From the NCBI RefSeq assembly GCF_009914755.1, contig NC_060931.1: 64,000 nt of DNA; one strand, 5' to 3'. Of this stretch, positions 27,661 through 39,750 are shown piece after piece (the stretch's first letter is position 1; each line of letters starts with the position of its first letter). The notes beneath the pieces were generated by a model. That model was not told the DNA's origin, ran no database searches, and worked only from the letters and a program-made list of their open reading frames with translations. The position numbers were made by a program, and so were the translations under genes. Source of the stretch: the human T2T-CHM13v2.0 reference genome, Homo sapiens.

Positions 27661-28216
27661 GATAATAAAGATTACATTATTAAAATTAATCTGTGGGTCT
27701 AAAAGAAGCCAAAATAAATCAAAAAGCACTATAAAAAGACATATGAGGAAAATATGTATCTTGTTGGCCCTTCTTCCCATCTTAGAATAGCCCAGCCTCC
27801 TCCAGCATCTCCTCATTCCATCCTCTGCTTTCTGTGCCCCAGCTCAGGCCAGCACCAGCTCCATGGCCCAGAGCTCATGCACTGACAATCAGTTTCAGGT
27901 ATCGCAAGAACTGCTTCCTAGAGTTAAGTTCACAACATTATCTACTAACCTCTTAATAGTGAGCATTTCATGCTTTGGAATAGAATATATTTGGGGATAC
28001 ATAGATTTCCAAGAATTCCTGAGATTGACCATTTCTCTGTGGGTATTGCCAATTTGATTAACCAGAGCTCTGAATATTTTTATCTGATGTTGCAACTGTT
28101 TTAAGAGCTCTTTCTATATATGTAAAACATGATAATTATAAGCCAAAGCCCTTTGTATTAATGAGATAAATATATTCAAGATTGAATTAGGAAATATTGT
28201 ATCTGATTAAACTCTA
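27661..28216 (+). repeat. Inverted repeat arm A (556 bp), partner of 36028-36583
   Basis: Base-by-base reverse-complement match, ungapped, 11 mismatches by hand count (about 98%). Confidence 0.97.
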
Positions 28217-28289
28217 TAGCTGAAAAACAAATGAAAGATTATTATCTTCAGTGTTTTGAAAATTCACATTTTTTTTCATGTTTGATGTC

Positions 28290-28614
28290 TTTTTTTAATT
28301 ATACTTTAAGTGCTGGGATACATGTGCAGAACATGCAGGTTTGTTACATAGGTATACATGTGCCATGGTGGTTTGCTGCACCCATCAACCCATCATCTAC
28401 ATTAGGTATTTCTCCTAATGCTATCCCTCCCCAGCCCTCCACTCCCCAACAGGCCCTGGTGTGTGATGTTCCCCTCCCTGTGTCCATGTGTTCTCATTGT
28501 TCACTCCCACTTATGAGTGAGAACATGCGGTGATTGGTTTTCTGTTCTCGTGTTAGTTTGCTGAGAATGATGGTTTCCAGCTTCATCCATGTCCCTGCAA
28601 AGGACATGAACTCA
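28290..28614 (-). mobile_element. L1PA7-like 3' end
   Basis: attatactttaagtgctgggatacatgtgcagaacatgcagg...gtccctgcaaaggacatgaactca. Confidence 0.93.
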
Positions 28615-30934
28615 GATATTTAAAGTTTCATTTAATCACTCCGTATTGGAAATGTTGATCTGAACATAGCCCCCAAAATGCTTTGTTTGTTCTTTTTCCC
28701 CTAACCCAATATCAATTTTCTTTCACACTGCATCTTTTCTAGGTTGTCTTTTTCAGAGGCTGTTGTAGATCAACCTGTCTGGCAGAATGCATAAGGAGGA
28801 TTTTTTTAGACATGTTGATACTGAGCACACTGTTACATTTTCTTATCCGGCAATCCTGACATCTTTGGAGAAATTTTCTTCCTAGCCAATTTCATACGGT
28901 TAATTTTTTTCATGTAAAGCAATATATATTACCCACTTTCAGTAATACATTTATACACTTAAATAGAAGATACAAGATTTTCCAAACTTTAGAGTAATGT
29001 TCAAATCAGACTCTCAGACGATATAAAGAGTTATCGCTGTAAAAATGTAAAATGATTAAATTGTGACTAAATCTTTAAACAATTAAAAAGTATGCCCGTG
29101 GAGAGTTAATATATTTGTAATATCTATTTCAATAACTTAAAACTTAGGAGATAATTAGACAACAGAATCTATTAAGTCACAATAATTATTTTTTGCCTGG
29201 AGATACAGATTACATTAATAGATTTCATCAGCTGTAAATGTCATAATGCCTGGAGGTAGTTCCTGCTTCTTATAAAAGGAGTTAAACATAACATTCATAT
29301 AAACTCATATTAATCCTCCAGTTTTATTGTGTCCTTTAGAATAATTTAACTAAGTGACTGGAAGATTTTTATTTTGCATTAGAGAGCACAGGATTTCTTG
29401 TTGATTTTAAGCATTTATTTAATAATAATATTAAATTTGTATTAAATATAAATTAATACTAAAGGTGCATTGTCTGAACCTCAGAGGATTTTATGAGTCT
29501 AAAATAAATATATGTAGCTCATGGGTTTGTCATGACCCAGAGGATACGTTTCCTGCAACCTATAGCATGAATTTTGCAAATGTTCCAAAGCTCATGGTGC
29601 CTGCGGCAGTAAATGTTCTAAGCCATCAGCTGGTAAGTGACTTTGGAAATTAGTTGGAGGTTAATTCTCTGCCTCATTGGCCCCCTGAAGTGGACAAACT
29701 GTAATTGATTTTGATAGCGTTCACAAAGAACTTTTTTCTATTGAAAATGGAGGCATACTCCCAGAGACATCCTCTGGATACAGGAACAATTAAATAGGTA
29801 TCAATGAGATGTCATTAAAAGTTTATGTTTCTGTAATTAATAAACACTCCTTACTTTTGGCAATTTTGTTGCTTTTAAAAACTACAAATTTTAAATTGTC
29901 AAAATGGTTTATTTTTCCTGTGGAGTGTTTTCATTTAACTCGAGTATCTTGCACAAGCACTAATATTCTATTTTTCATATATGCTGCTATAGAAAGAAGC
30001 AGCTATGGGCATGCATATTCATTTGTGTCTATAACCTCACAAAGGAAAGAGCAAAGAGTTACTCTCTGGGACAGTGGTGTCCTCAAGTGAGCATCTTGAG
30101 CAAAAGGAGTAAAACTGATCAGGAACACGTTCACTGTCATGGATTTTGTTCAATAGTTACATAGAAAAATTAAGTCCATATCTTTTTCATTTAAATGAAT
30201 TCCTCTAACCACTCAATAACAAATCAATTATAGCTGTATCTTTTAACTGTGTATTTTGCAAAATCTAGACCTTTTTAAATCTAAGCTGGATAAACAGACT
30301 TGGTAGCTCTTTAAGATACACCAAAATAGGTGTCCTAATTAGTTTGATGAGATGATTGTAGAATCTCTAATTGCATCAGTTGTAGCCTTACTATATTGAG
30401 TTTCTTGAAAGAATTAAGCCTAGTATATTCTTCCAACACAGTATAGGCACTGTGATTTCAGAAAGTCTAAGACATAGTTACAAACTAAACACTATACTAA
30501 GGTATTTTTATATGTCATTTAAAAATTATATTATTCTTTATAAGTAAATTTTTCCAGGCCTCTACATAGTAAGTGCTGGAGTTAAGATTTTAAGACAGTG
30601 TGTATGCCAACTTTAGATAATTCATAAATTAATAACAGATTTTTAGAGGCAGGTAGGACATCCTTCAAATAGTAATAGTAAACACCAGCTAAGATGTCCA
30701 TTATCTATTTTGATGTCTTCTAGAGGCAGTCAGCAAAAATAAACCCAATTCTTTTCTTTATTATGCTGAAAACATTAGAAAAAGAGAAGTCAAAACACTA
30801 AAATGGAGATTACGTATTCTACAAATAAAAATGAAATACTATCTTTGTCCACGCTTAAATTTACAGTTCATTTAAAAATACTACAATTTGGGGTATTCAG
30901 ATTAACTTTTGTAGCTTGATGATTGAATTGTTTT

Positions 30935-30965
30935 ATATATACACACACATAGAGAGAGAGAGAGA
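30935..30965. repeat. Compound (TA)(CA)(GA) microsatellite
   Basis: Read directly. Confidence 0.8.
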
Positions 30966-30984
30966 GGCTTTAATATTTCTTAAA

Positions 30985-31188
30985 TTTTATTTTTAAATTT
31001 TAATCTATTTCTGTATTATTTTTCATTTGTTGTGAGACTGGGTTATGAGACCTGGCTAATTTTTGTATTTTTGGTAGAGATATGGTTTCACCATGTTGCC
31101 AAGAGTCTCCAACTCTTGGCCTCAAGTGATCACCCACCTTGGCCTCCCAAAGTGCTGGGATTACAAGTGTCAGCCACCGTGACTGGCC
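30985..31188 (-). mobile_element. Alu left arm and linker with the right arm reduced to TCTCATAACCCAGTCTC, plus a decayed A-tail
   Basis: Reverse complement reads ggccagtcacggtggctgacacttgtaatccc...aaaattagccaggtctcataacccagtctcacaacaaatgaaaaataat. Confidence 0.88.
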
Positions 31189-31419
31189 CATATAGGCTTT
31201 TATATTTGTATTAAAAGAGCAATTTGTCAGGAATGAAGATCATGTCATGCAAAGCATCTAAACAATAAGGAAAAATACTTATTTGAATATGGGGCCCACT
31301 CTAAGCCCTCAAGTTTCCCAGCCAGGGAGCCATATATCCTCTTTTCCTTTCAATGTCTTTCATTTGATAGAGGATTGTTCATGTGATCTTGAAGGATCCC
31401 TGGAGCCAAACAAACGTGT

Positions 31420-31572
31420 GAGTAATTCAAGACTTGTTATTTCTCAGACCATCAATTTCTTTATTGTTAACAATGGAGGAAAAATACTTACTTTTTACCA
31501 TTAGTGTGGAGTAAAGTGAGATAATGGCCATAATGCACTTAGAGAAATGCCAAAAACTCAATAAATAGAGCT
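31420..31572 (+). mobile_element. MIR fragment
   Basis: tcaatttctttattgttaacaatggagg...gtaaagtgagataatgg...ctcaataaatag. Confidence 0.55.
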
Positions 31573-31937
31573 CGAATTAGTCAGCCCCAGCTGCCATAAC
31601 ATAATAGCACAGATTGTGTGGCATGAACAAAAGAAATTTTTATTCTTGCAGTCTGGATGCTGGAAGTCTGAGGTCAAGGTATTAACTGATTCTGTTCCTG
31701 GAAAGGGCTCTCTCTTCCTGGTTTGCAGATGGCTGCCTTCTCGCTATGTTCCCAAGTGGTGGAGAGAGAAGGAGAAATCTCTTTCTCTTCATCTTCCACC
31801 AATCCAATTGGATTAGGACGTAACCTTATGACTCTAATTACCTCCTAAAAGCCCTATCTCCTTATACAGTCAAATTATGGGTTAGAGCTTCAACATATGA
31901 ATTGGGATGTGGAGGCATACAATTCGGTTCATGGAGT
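31573..31937 (-). mobile_element. MLT1A-like LTR
   Basis: gctgccataacataatagcacagattgtgtggc...ctggaagtctgaggtcaagg...gttagagcttcaacatatgaatt. Confidence 0.85.
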
Positions 31938-32599
31938 AGTTACTTAAAAACTAGTGTTTTAAAAATATTTTTAAAATATTCTTCATTAGTGGAACCTCAA
32001 TTTTTCTCTCAGTTAATGGAGATTGTGTGATATATTTTAGGTCATCTTCCTGAAAGTTTCACCAGCCAAATTCGCCTGATTAAATTCCATGTTCTCTGCT
32101 TCTGTGAGTTTATTTGTGAAGAAGTAAAGAGAACATTTTCTTCTTTTATGTTCTCAACTCTCTGAACTGTGCCTGACATAGGCAAACCCAGGGTCCTTAG
32201 AGGCTGGATAGAACCACTAATAGGACTATTTGGCATTATGGCTGGGGTGTAATTGCTTTTCAGTTTTACAGCTTTACTAAGAGACTGTTATTGTTCTTTC
32301 AGAGTTACTTCAGAGCCAGCTGTTTAAACAATAAAATTTGTTCAAAATAGGGCTTTACTGACAATTTTCCTCTTTATAATTGGTGCTACTGCCTCCATAA
32401 ACTCAGTTTCTTTTTTAGATGTCTGATGGCTGTCAGAGTTCTTTGTAGTTCTTTTAGAGATGCTACAGCAAAGTATTTAGTATAGTTCTTCCTTCCTGGA
32501 CTATTTCATAATAACTCAAAAAATGAGGAATGGGTTTTCACAGATGAAATATAGCAAACTCCTCTAAAGTGATAAACTAAATGTAAATTTTACATATAA

Positions 32600-32930
32600 C
32601 ACACTAATTAAAATAGTGAAATGTCTTTGTGGATTTAATAGCTATTTAGCTTCAGCAGGAAACACGATAAATGAAATGGAAGATAAGTTCAAAGAGAAAG
32701 AAAAATTAAGAAAATGTGTGTGAGAGAGAGAGAGAAAGAGAGAGAGACACAGAGAGAGAGAGATAAAATGGGGTAATAAAGAGAGAAAAGAAGTGAAAGA
32801 TAATGTAAAAAAATTCATGTAGACAATAACTCAGAATTATCCAAATGGAAGAAAGATATTAATGCTCAGATTTCAGAAGCTCTACAAATCCATGCACAAA
32901 AATATAATGAGAACTACACATAGACACTAC
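32600..32930 (+). mobile_element. Old L1 ORF1-region fragment containing a (GA)n tract (about 32720-32763)
   Basis: ggatttaatagc...aatgaaatggaagataag...cagatttcagaagctctacaaatcc. Confidence 0.5.
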
Positions 32931-34234
32931 CTTATTACCTGTGTTTTCTTACTGATTTATAAACATTCATTATACATTCTCATCCTGTGTATTTAGATCA
33001 CAGTATTGTTTACATGAAAGTGTTCGCTTTGTGCATATTTATTTAGCTGCACAGTATGTACACCTTCCCACAAACAATAGAAAAGTACCAAGAAACTATA
33101 TAAATAATAAGCCAGAGAAAAATGCTATTTAATAAAAGAAAAAAAGAAAAAAACAAGGTCTAGAACAGAATGTTTATCTCCTTCAAAATATTTGTAGATA
33201 AATAGAATAACTGAAAGGTTATATCAGTGATCTTCACTTCCCAATTAAACACCTCTTAAATGGAGATGCTGCTACTGCCTTCATTACATATTGACATATT
33301 TTTATTTCACTAATGGTTTTGCAGGTAACTATCTCTTTTCTATAATTTCTAGAGTCAATAAAATGGGCAGCCTGTGTTAGTTTACTGTTACATCAGGAGT
33401 TAAACTAGTTTTAATTTTGATTTGAATATTTTATTCACATCAAATAATTCAGTACATGTATTTTCTATTTACTAATTTTCTCTTTGTACTTAGATATATG
33501 CTTTAAATTAATTTTGCCTTTACTTCATATTTTTTGACCCACACTAATGTATTCAATGCATTTAGAAAATCAAAATATATTGAATATTTAATAGCTGCTA
33601 ATTGTCAATACTTTGAATTTGTTACCTACCTACATAAGTAAATATGTAAATTATTTAAAATCTCACGTGGAAATCATACATAAAATCAATTTTTAATTAA
33701 ACATTAATTTTAAAGATATCTGTTTAATGTATTGTTCATTATAAAAATGTCAAGTAACATCAATTTGAAAACAGTATTAAATTTTATAGAAAATTAACTT
33801 GTTAGCTTTTGGTAGCTTATTTTGGATTCTAAAATATTAAATATTTAACAAAAGAAAAATGAAAGCACTGTTTAAGGACTTGGGTCATGTTAGTAAACAT
33901 ATGTTAATAAACAGATTGTATTAATCTAAGAGGATTTTCAAGTTTTCAAAGAATATGTTGTAAGGAGGCTGCAGTCTTATTTTGAACTTACTTTTTATTT
34001 CCTATTAAAAAGACAATATCAAATGAAGAGATAATTAGTATAAAAAATCTGATTTTGATTAAGTGTAGTGCTTAACAATTAGGCAGCCAAAATTACGAAT
34101 AAATGAATGAATGAATGAGAGAAAATGCTGAATATGTGCATTGATGTGAATTAAATACTATAACAATATATAAATAAATATAATTACCAGATTCATGAAA
34201 CAACTTTCATCCAAGTAGCATAAAAGCCTAATAT

Positions 34235-35324
34235 CGATAGTGGCAAGAGTCAGACAAATTCCTAAGGCAGACAGGGGTGGGTCCTTCAAGCCAAAGATAT
34301 CCTGAAGACTGAAAACCAGGCTGCCAGTTCCTGGTAAAGTCCATGACCAAAGTGAGAACTTCCTCTATGCCTTTTTCAGCAATGAAACAGCGCTTTGTCC
34401 AGGCCTGCCAATGACTAATCAGCACACACTCCCCCATTCCGAGCCTATAAAAAACCTGAAGTCAGCCATATGTTGGACTACCACTCCAAGGCCCCATCTC
34501 ACACAGAGGCCCACCTGCTCTCAGGTCCCCTCTCCGTAGAGAGCTTTCCTTCACTCACTCAATAAAATCCTTCCCTGCCTTGCTCACTCTCTGGTGTCTG
34601 CTTAACCTCATTCTTCTTGGTTGTGGGACAAGAACCTGGAGCCCAATGAACAGCGGGGGTGAAAAGATCTGTAACGTGTTCCTGGCTGGCTTGCCAGGCT
34701 GCAGGTGGTGTCATGTTCCCATTCACTGGACTATGGGAGTGAAGAGTGGTGACCCTTCTGGGGGCCCAGATCTTGGGATTCCTGAGCCAGAACTGTAACA
34801 CTGTAACCCTCCTGCCCTTTGCTGGTGCCAGGCAGCTGCCCTATGTAATGGGAAGTGGCAGCAGCAGGGCCAAGCCAGCCCAGGAGCTGCAGGCTAGAGC
34901 TGGACGGCAGAACTAAATGAGCTGTAACACGAAGAAACTGAAACATGGCCCCCCATTTGCCATGCTGTGGGCGGCAAGAAGGAGAGAGAGCTGTAACAGT
35001 CCTTGGAGGCTCAGACTTTGGGGCTCCCTGGGTGAGAGCCTAACACCCCTTGGAGCTCTGTGGTTGCTGGCATTTCTGAGTTTTTGGGCGCCATCCCGTT
35101 CCCCTCATCTAGATGTTAATGCCTAAGGTGGAGGATGGTCGTGGCGTGCCTGGACCAGCTGCAGGCTGAGTGCAGACCCACAGTGGGCGGGAATCCAGGC
35201 TGGTAGTGCGAGCTGAGTGCAGCCAGCTGGGCAGAGTGGGTGGAGGAAAACTGTCAGTGAGCCCGAAGCTGAGCAAGACACCAACAGCCATGGAAATTTC
35301 TGGCACCAATAGAATCCTGTGTCA
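34235..35324 (+). mobile_element. ERV1 solo LTR, LTR27/LTR28/LTR1-like (about 1.1 kb)
   Basis: Starts gatagtggcaagagtcagacaaattcctaaggcagacagggg; CCAAT at 34408, TATAAA at 34446, AATAAA at 34561; repeated ctgtaac motifs; ends atcctgtgtca. Confidence 0.8.
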
Positions 35325-35649
35325 ATAACAATATTCTTATATGGTATTTGCTGGTTATGTAAATGAAATAAATTGAGGTCAATCTCATTATATTTATTTT
35401 ACAGACATGAAAACAAGGCAGACACACAATGGGTAACTCATTCTCAGGATGGTAGGTGGATAAAATCCTGTGGTGTGGGACATTATTTCCAACTGGATAT
35501 GTTTGCTTATGGTCTTTTAAACAAATCACATTCGATTTGTGAAGATACTTTAGTGAAACATTTCCTAATGAAAATTAGTTTGTGTTAGAGATGTGACCTG
35601 TGGGTCACCGTGCCTAGGTATAATTAGATTGTATCAAAAGAATCAAATC

Positions 35650-35930
35650 AGCTGGGCACAGTGGCTCACACTTGTAAACCCAGTACTTTGGGAGGGTGAG
35701 GCAGGAGGATTATTTGAGCCCAAGAGCTCCAGACCAGCCTGGGCAACACAGAGAGGCTCTGTATCTACAAAAAATTAAAACGTTAACTGGGTGTGGTGGC
35801 ATAGTCCCAGCTACTCAGGAGACTGAGGTGGGAGAATCTATTGAGCCCAGGAGGTCGAGGCTGAAGAGATCTGTAATTGTGACAATCTAGGTGATAGAGT
35901 ATGACCCTGTCTCAAAAGAAAAACAAAGAA
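35650..35930 (+). mobile_element. AluJ
   Basis: ggaggattatttgagcccaagag...gagcccaggaggtcgaggctg; TSD aaagaatcaaatc / aaagaagcaaatc. Confidence 0.93.
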
Positions 35931-36027
35931 AGAAGCAAATCAAATGTCACTAGATCTTCTCCCTATCAGCCTAAGATTAAAGAGCATCAGAATCTTGAAA
36001 AATCCTCACTTACTCCTAAATGTTTCT

Positions 36028-36583
36028 TAGAGTTTAATCAGATACAATATTTCCTAATTCAATCTTGAATATATTTATCTCATTAATACAAAGGGCTTTG
36101 GCTTATAATTATCATGTTTTACATATATAGAAAGAGCTCTTAAAACAGTTGCAACATCAGATAAAAATATTTAGAGCTCTGGTTAATCAAATTGGCAATA
36201 CCCATAGAGAAATGGTCAATCTCATGAATTCTTAGAAATCTAGGTATGCCCAAATATGTTCTATTCCAAAGCATGAAATGCTCACTATTAAGAAGTTAGT
36301 AGATAATGTTGTGAACTTAACTCTAGGAAGCAGTTCTTGCGATACCTGAAACTGATTGTCAGTGCATGAGCTCTGGGCCATGGAGCTGGTGCTGGCCTGA
36401 GCTGGGGCACAGAAAGCAGAGGATGGAATGAGGAGATGCTGGAGGAGGCTGGGCTATTCTAAGATGGGAAGAAGGGCCAACAAGATACATATTTTCCTCA
36501 TATGTCTTTTTATAGTGCTTTTTTATTTATTTTGGCTTCTTTTAGACTCACAGATTAATTTTAAGAATGTAATCTTTATTATC
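36028..36583 (-). repeat. Inverted copy A' of 27661-28216
   Basis: Reverse-complement identity about 98%; the same spurious ORF (MRRCWRRLGYSK...) appears on opposite strands. Confidence 0.97.
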
Positions 36584-37202
36584 CTCAATTATTTGATGGA
36601 CTTCAGTTAGAAAGTAACTTTTATTATTCATTAATCAATAATATTAATAAAAACTACTGTGAATCGCTAACGTTTTAAAGTGATTTTCAGTTTATCACTA
36701 AACAAATATTTAAAGATTAAAAACTCCTCTGTGTGTGTGTGTGTGTATGTGTCTATGTGTGTCTACATAGGCAGGATGTCTTGTTTATCCAATTTTCATA
36801 TAATACTTAATTCATATATCACTCCATAAAATCCCCAAAAGTTGATGGTAAACAGGTTGAAAAATACAAACCTCTCTCTTTGAAATTCAAATCTTCCTAA
36901 TGTTGATCTATTTTTAGACCCTCATTATGTCTTGTCAGAATTGTTAAAATAACCTGCTAAATGTTCTTTCTCCCCCATGCTGTGACTGATTCTAATATAG
37001 TTTAATCTGACAGTTGTTACTAAAATGCAAATATTTATTTGAAAGCCTCTCTTCAATTCCAACAAAGAAGTGCCATCAAGTATCTTAGAAAAGTATGTAA
37101 AGTGATTTTTATTCTGGTGCTATTTTACCCTACTTTTCCCATATGAACACTATACTGTACTCATATAATTTGACAGTTTTTCTATGTTTTTACTACTTCC
37201 CT
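36581..37202 (-). repeat. Inverted copy B' of 39751-40372 (622 bp), fused directly to A'
   Basis: Equal-length reverse-complement match, about 12 differences, includes the (CA)/(TG) tract. Confidence 0.97.
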
Positions 37203-37834
37203 GTGTTCTTTTGCTCAAGTTTTCCTTATGAACCTCCCTGGCCTAAGAAGCTACTTTTGATGGTGCATTGTCATAGTCATATCCACTGCCTCTGACCACT
37301 GCTTCCACCTTATGCTCAATGTTCCTATTAAAATAGGGCATGTGACCCCTGAGAATCTCAATCTCAAAGCAGTACTGTGCTCCATGTGATAAGAATACTC
37401 TTTGTTTTTTTCTATTCCTCTCAAACTTTGTAACATTGGCCCAAAGAAGCAGTGCTTGCATTTTATAAGATCCTCAACGAAAACTGCTGCTCTATGTTCT
37501 GTTTGCAGTTTCTGTGTCCATAGGTTCTCTCCTGAGGACACAAGTTCATAGAGCCCAGCAAGAGCTCAGCACTTGGGACAAACCCTCACATACTTCTCCA
37601 GCTCTTCATGGCCCTGAATCCCTTCCCTAAAATCTCTTCCAGAAGAAAGCTCTCAGTCAAATATCTCCAAGATAGTTCTTTTCCTTATGCCATCCATCAC
37701 ACCAGCCTGACATATCAATCAGAGAATAAGCTCAAATGGACTGTCATTGACACTGCAACCTCTATTGAAAGGCAAATCTGTGCAAAGGCATTATGAAAGA
37801 GCTTAAGAAAAGAAGCATTCCTGTGAGTCCTTTT

Positions 37835-38940
37835 ATGTATTGTGATTAGACCCTAGAATGTTTTCCTGAAATTAAGCATTTAACTGAAAGTGAAGAAGCC
37901 TCTGGGCCTCATCTCTATTTCCATAATAGTCTGACTTACTTAATCTACTCTTTTATTGAGTTTAAATAAGAAGCTGTTTTTATTTCCCCTGGATACAATA
38001 AACTCTAAAAATAAGCACAGAATCAAACTTATTTTAGACTTTTTTTAAGCTTTCCTTTATTTTGGACATGTTATTTGAATAAATAGTTTGTATTTAAGAG
38101 AGAAAGAACAGAATACTCCTTAATGATTCTTTCATTACATTTTTCTTCAATAATTCAAGGCATATCCACAAATTCAGTGGTTGTGCAAAAACTTTTTTAT
38201 ACATGAATTTGTACCTTATTTAGAATTAAAATATTTGTGTGTCCTAATTAATCAAGCTAAAGTATTAATTGGGTAAATATATACTTGACAATTAACAGGG
38301 AAAGTAATACTTTACAGATTTAGCCACAGGAAACAAGAGTGGCCATTTTTTTTTCAATTTGATTAAAGAATATTTTTATCCAGAATACATGTGGAATTCT
38401 GGTAGAAAATTTCAGACAGCTGATGAATTCTTACCATGTATCTTTATACAGTGTGATTAGAATGTATAATCATTCCCTGAAATTATGCTTTTTTTTAGCT
38501 GAAAGAGAAGCCTTTGGATCTCCTCTGTGTTTCCATAATAGGCTAATTTAATCTACTCTTTTTACTCTGTTCCTGCCATGAAAAGACAATTTTGTTTAGC
38601 CAAGCAGTAATAAACCCTCTAAAAATGGTTCAGAAACAAGAGGTTTTTTTTTCTTTCCTAACTTTTCTTTATTTTTGATATGCTATTTTGAACCAGTAGT
38701 CTATATTTCAAAGAGAAAACTGTTATTCTCACTTGTGTTTTCATGAAATTTTCCCTAATAATTCAAGTCATGCCCAGCATGAGTTAGTTGAATTTGAAAA
38801 ATATTAATCTCACAGTTTTGTATCATATTCAGCACTCAATCTTTTTATTTTAGTAAAGTTCTTGAACAAAGGTATAAGTTAATATACAGATAAAAAATAA
38901 TAGGATGATGTCTTTATAGCTTTGTGTACAGCAGGAAATA
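37835..38940 (+). repeat. Ancient diverged tandem duplication, period about 610 bp
   Basis: Five collinear exact anchors of 10-15 nt at offsets 608-612. Confidence 0.8.
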
Positions 38941-39750
38941 TTACTTAAAAAGCATTTTTAGTGACCTACTTTATGTATGGAATGCTGCTAGAAACTACAG
39001 AAATGGAAAATTATTAGGACTTGTCCTGTGGATATTTAGAACCCAGTAAAAAGAAAGGGTGAATTTAACAAGTTCTCTGTCACGAAGAAAAGTACTAAGT
39101 AGCAAAAGTGAAAAAAATGTTTAAAAAGTGATTTAAAAGCTCTGAGGAAATACAGAGCTCATCTACATAGGGGATTCAGGGACTGTCTCTGACAAAAGGT
39201 GGGGCAGAGGAATTGGAGATAGAAAGATTGTTGAGAAAAGCAGAAATGTTAGTGTGGGGCATTTTAGGTCAAAATAACATAACATGATAACATAAAAGCA
39301 AAAAAAAAAAAAAAAAAGAAAAAGGAAAAGCAAATAAACAGAAACTTCAAGTTTAATTTTGAGTGTCAGAAATCTGCCAGACATCTAGGTAAAAATGATC
39401 AGTAAACAGATGGCTCTATGAGTCTGACATGAGAATAAAAAGTTTTGGTTTGGAATTCTCTCTTTCTTCCTCTCTCTCTTTCTCTCTCCCCTCCACCCTT
39501 CCCTATATTTCTAGCATTGCTAGCTTCTAGGGGTGTAAAGGTAAATAATGCAGAAACAGTTTTCAGGGAGTTCACACACTAGTTGGAAGTCGTATAATCA
39601 AACAATTTTCACAGAATAGAATGTCACAGCAAGATATTAGCAAGGTGCTATCAAGGGAGGATCTGATATCTGCATAGGAAAGTCAGAGAAAATTTGACAG
39701 ATGGTGATGTGTCAGTGGTGTATAGAGGGTAAAACATGGGACAATTTCCA

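Noticed and set aside
27661-36583. A and A' as terminal inverted repeats of a DNA transposon or foldback element
   Set aside because: No TSD or transposase remnant, the interior holds ordinary old repeats, and A' is fused to a second unrelated copied segment.
27559-36610. Near-identical ORFs MRRCWRRLGYSK... on opposite strands, as a paralogous gene pair
   Set aside because: They are a by-product of the A/A' inverted duplication. They diverge exactly at the repeat boundary, and I see no coding signature or recognisable domain.
36028-37202. Assembly artefact as the explanation for the duplicated arms
   Set aside because: About 2% substitutions in both pairs and a microhomology junction argue for a real, aged event; an artefact would be nearly identical.
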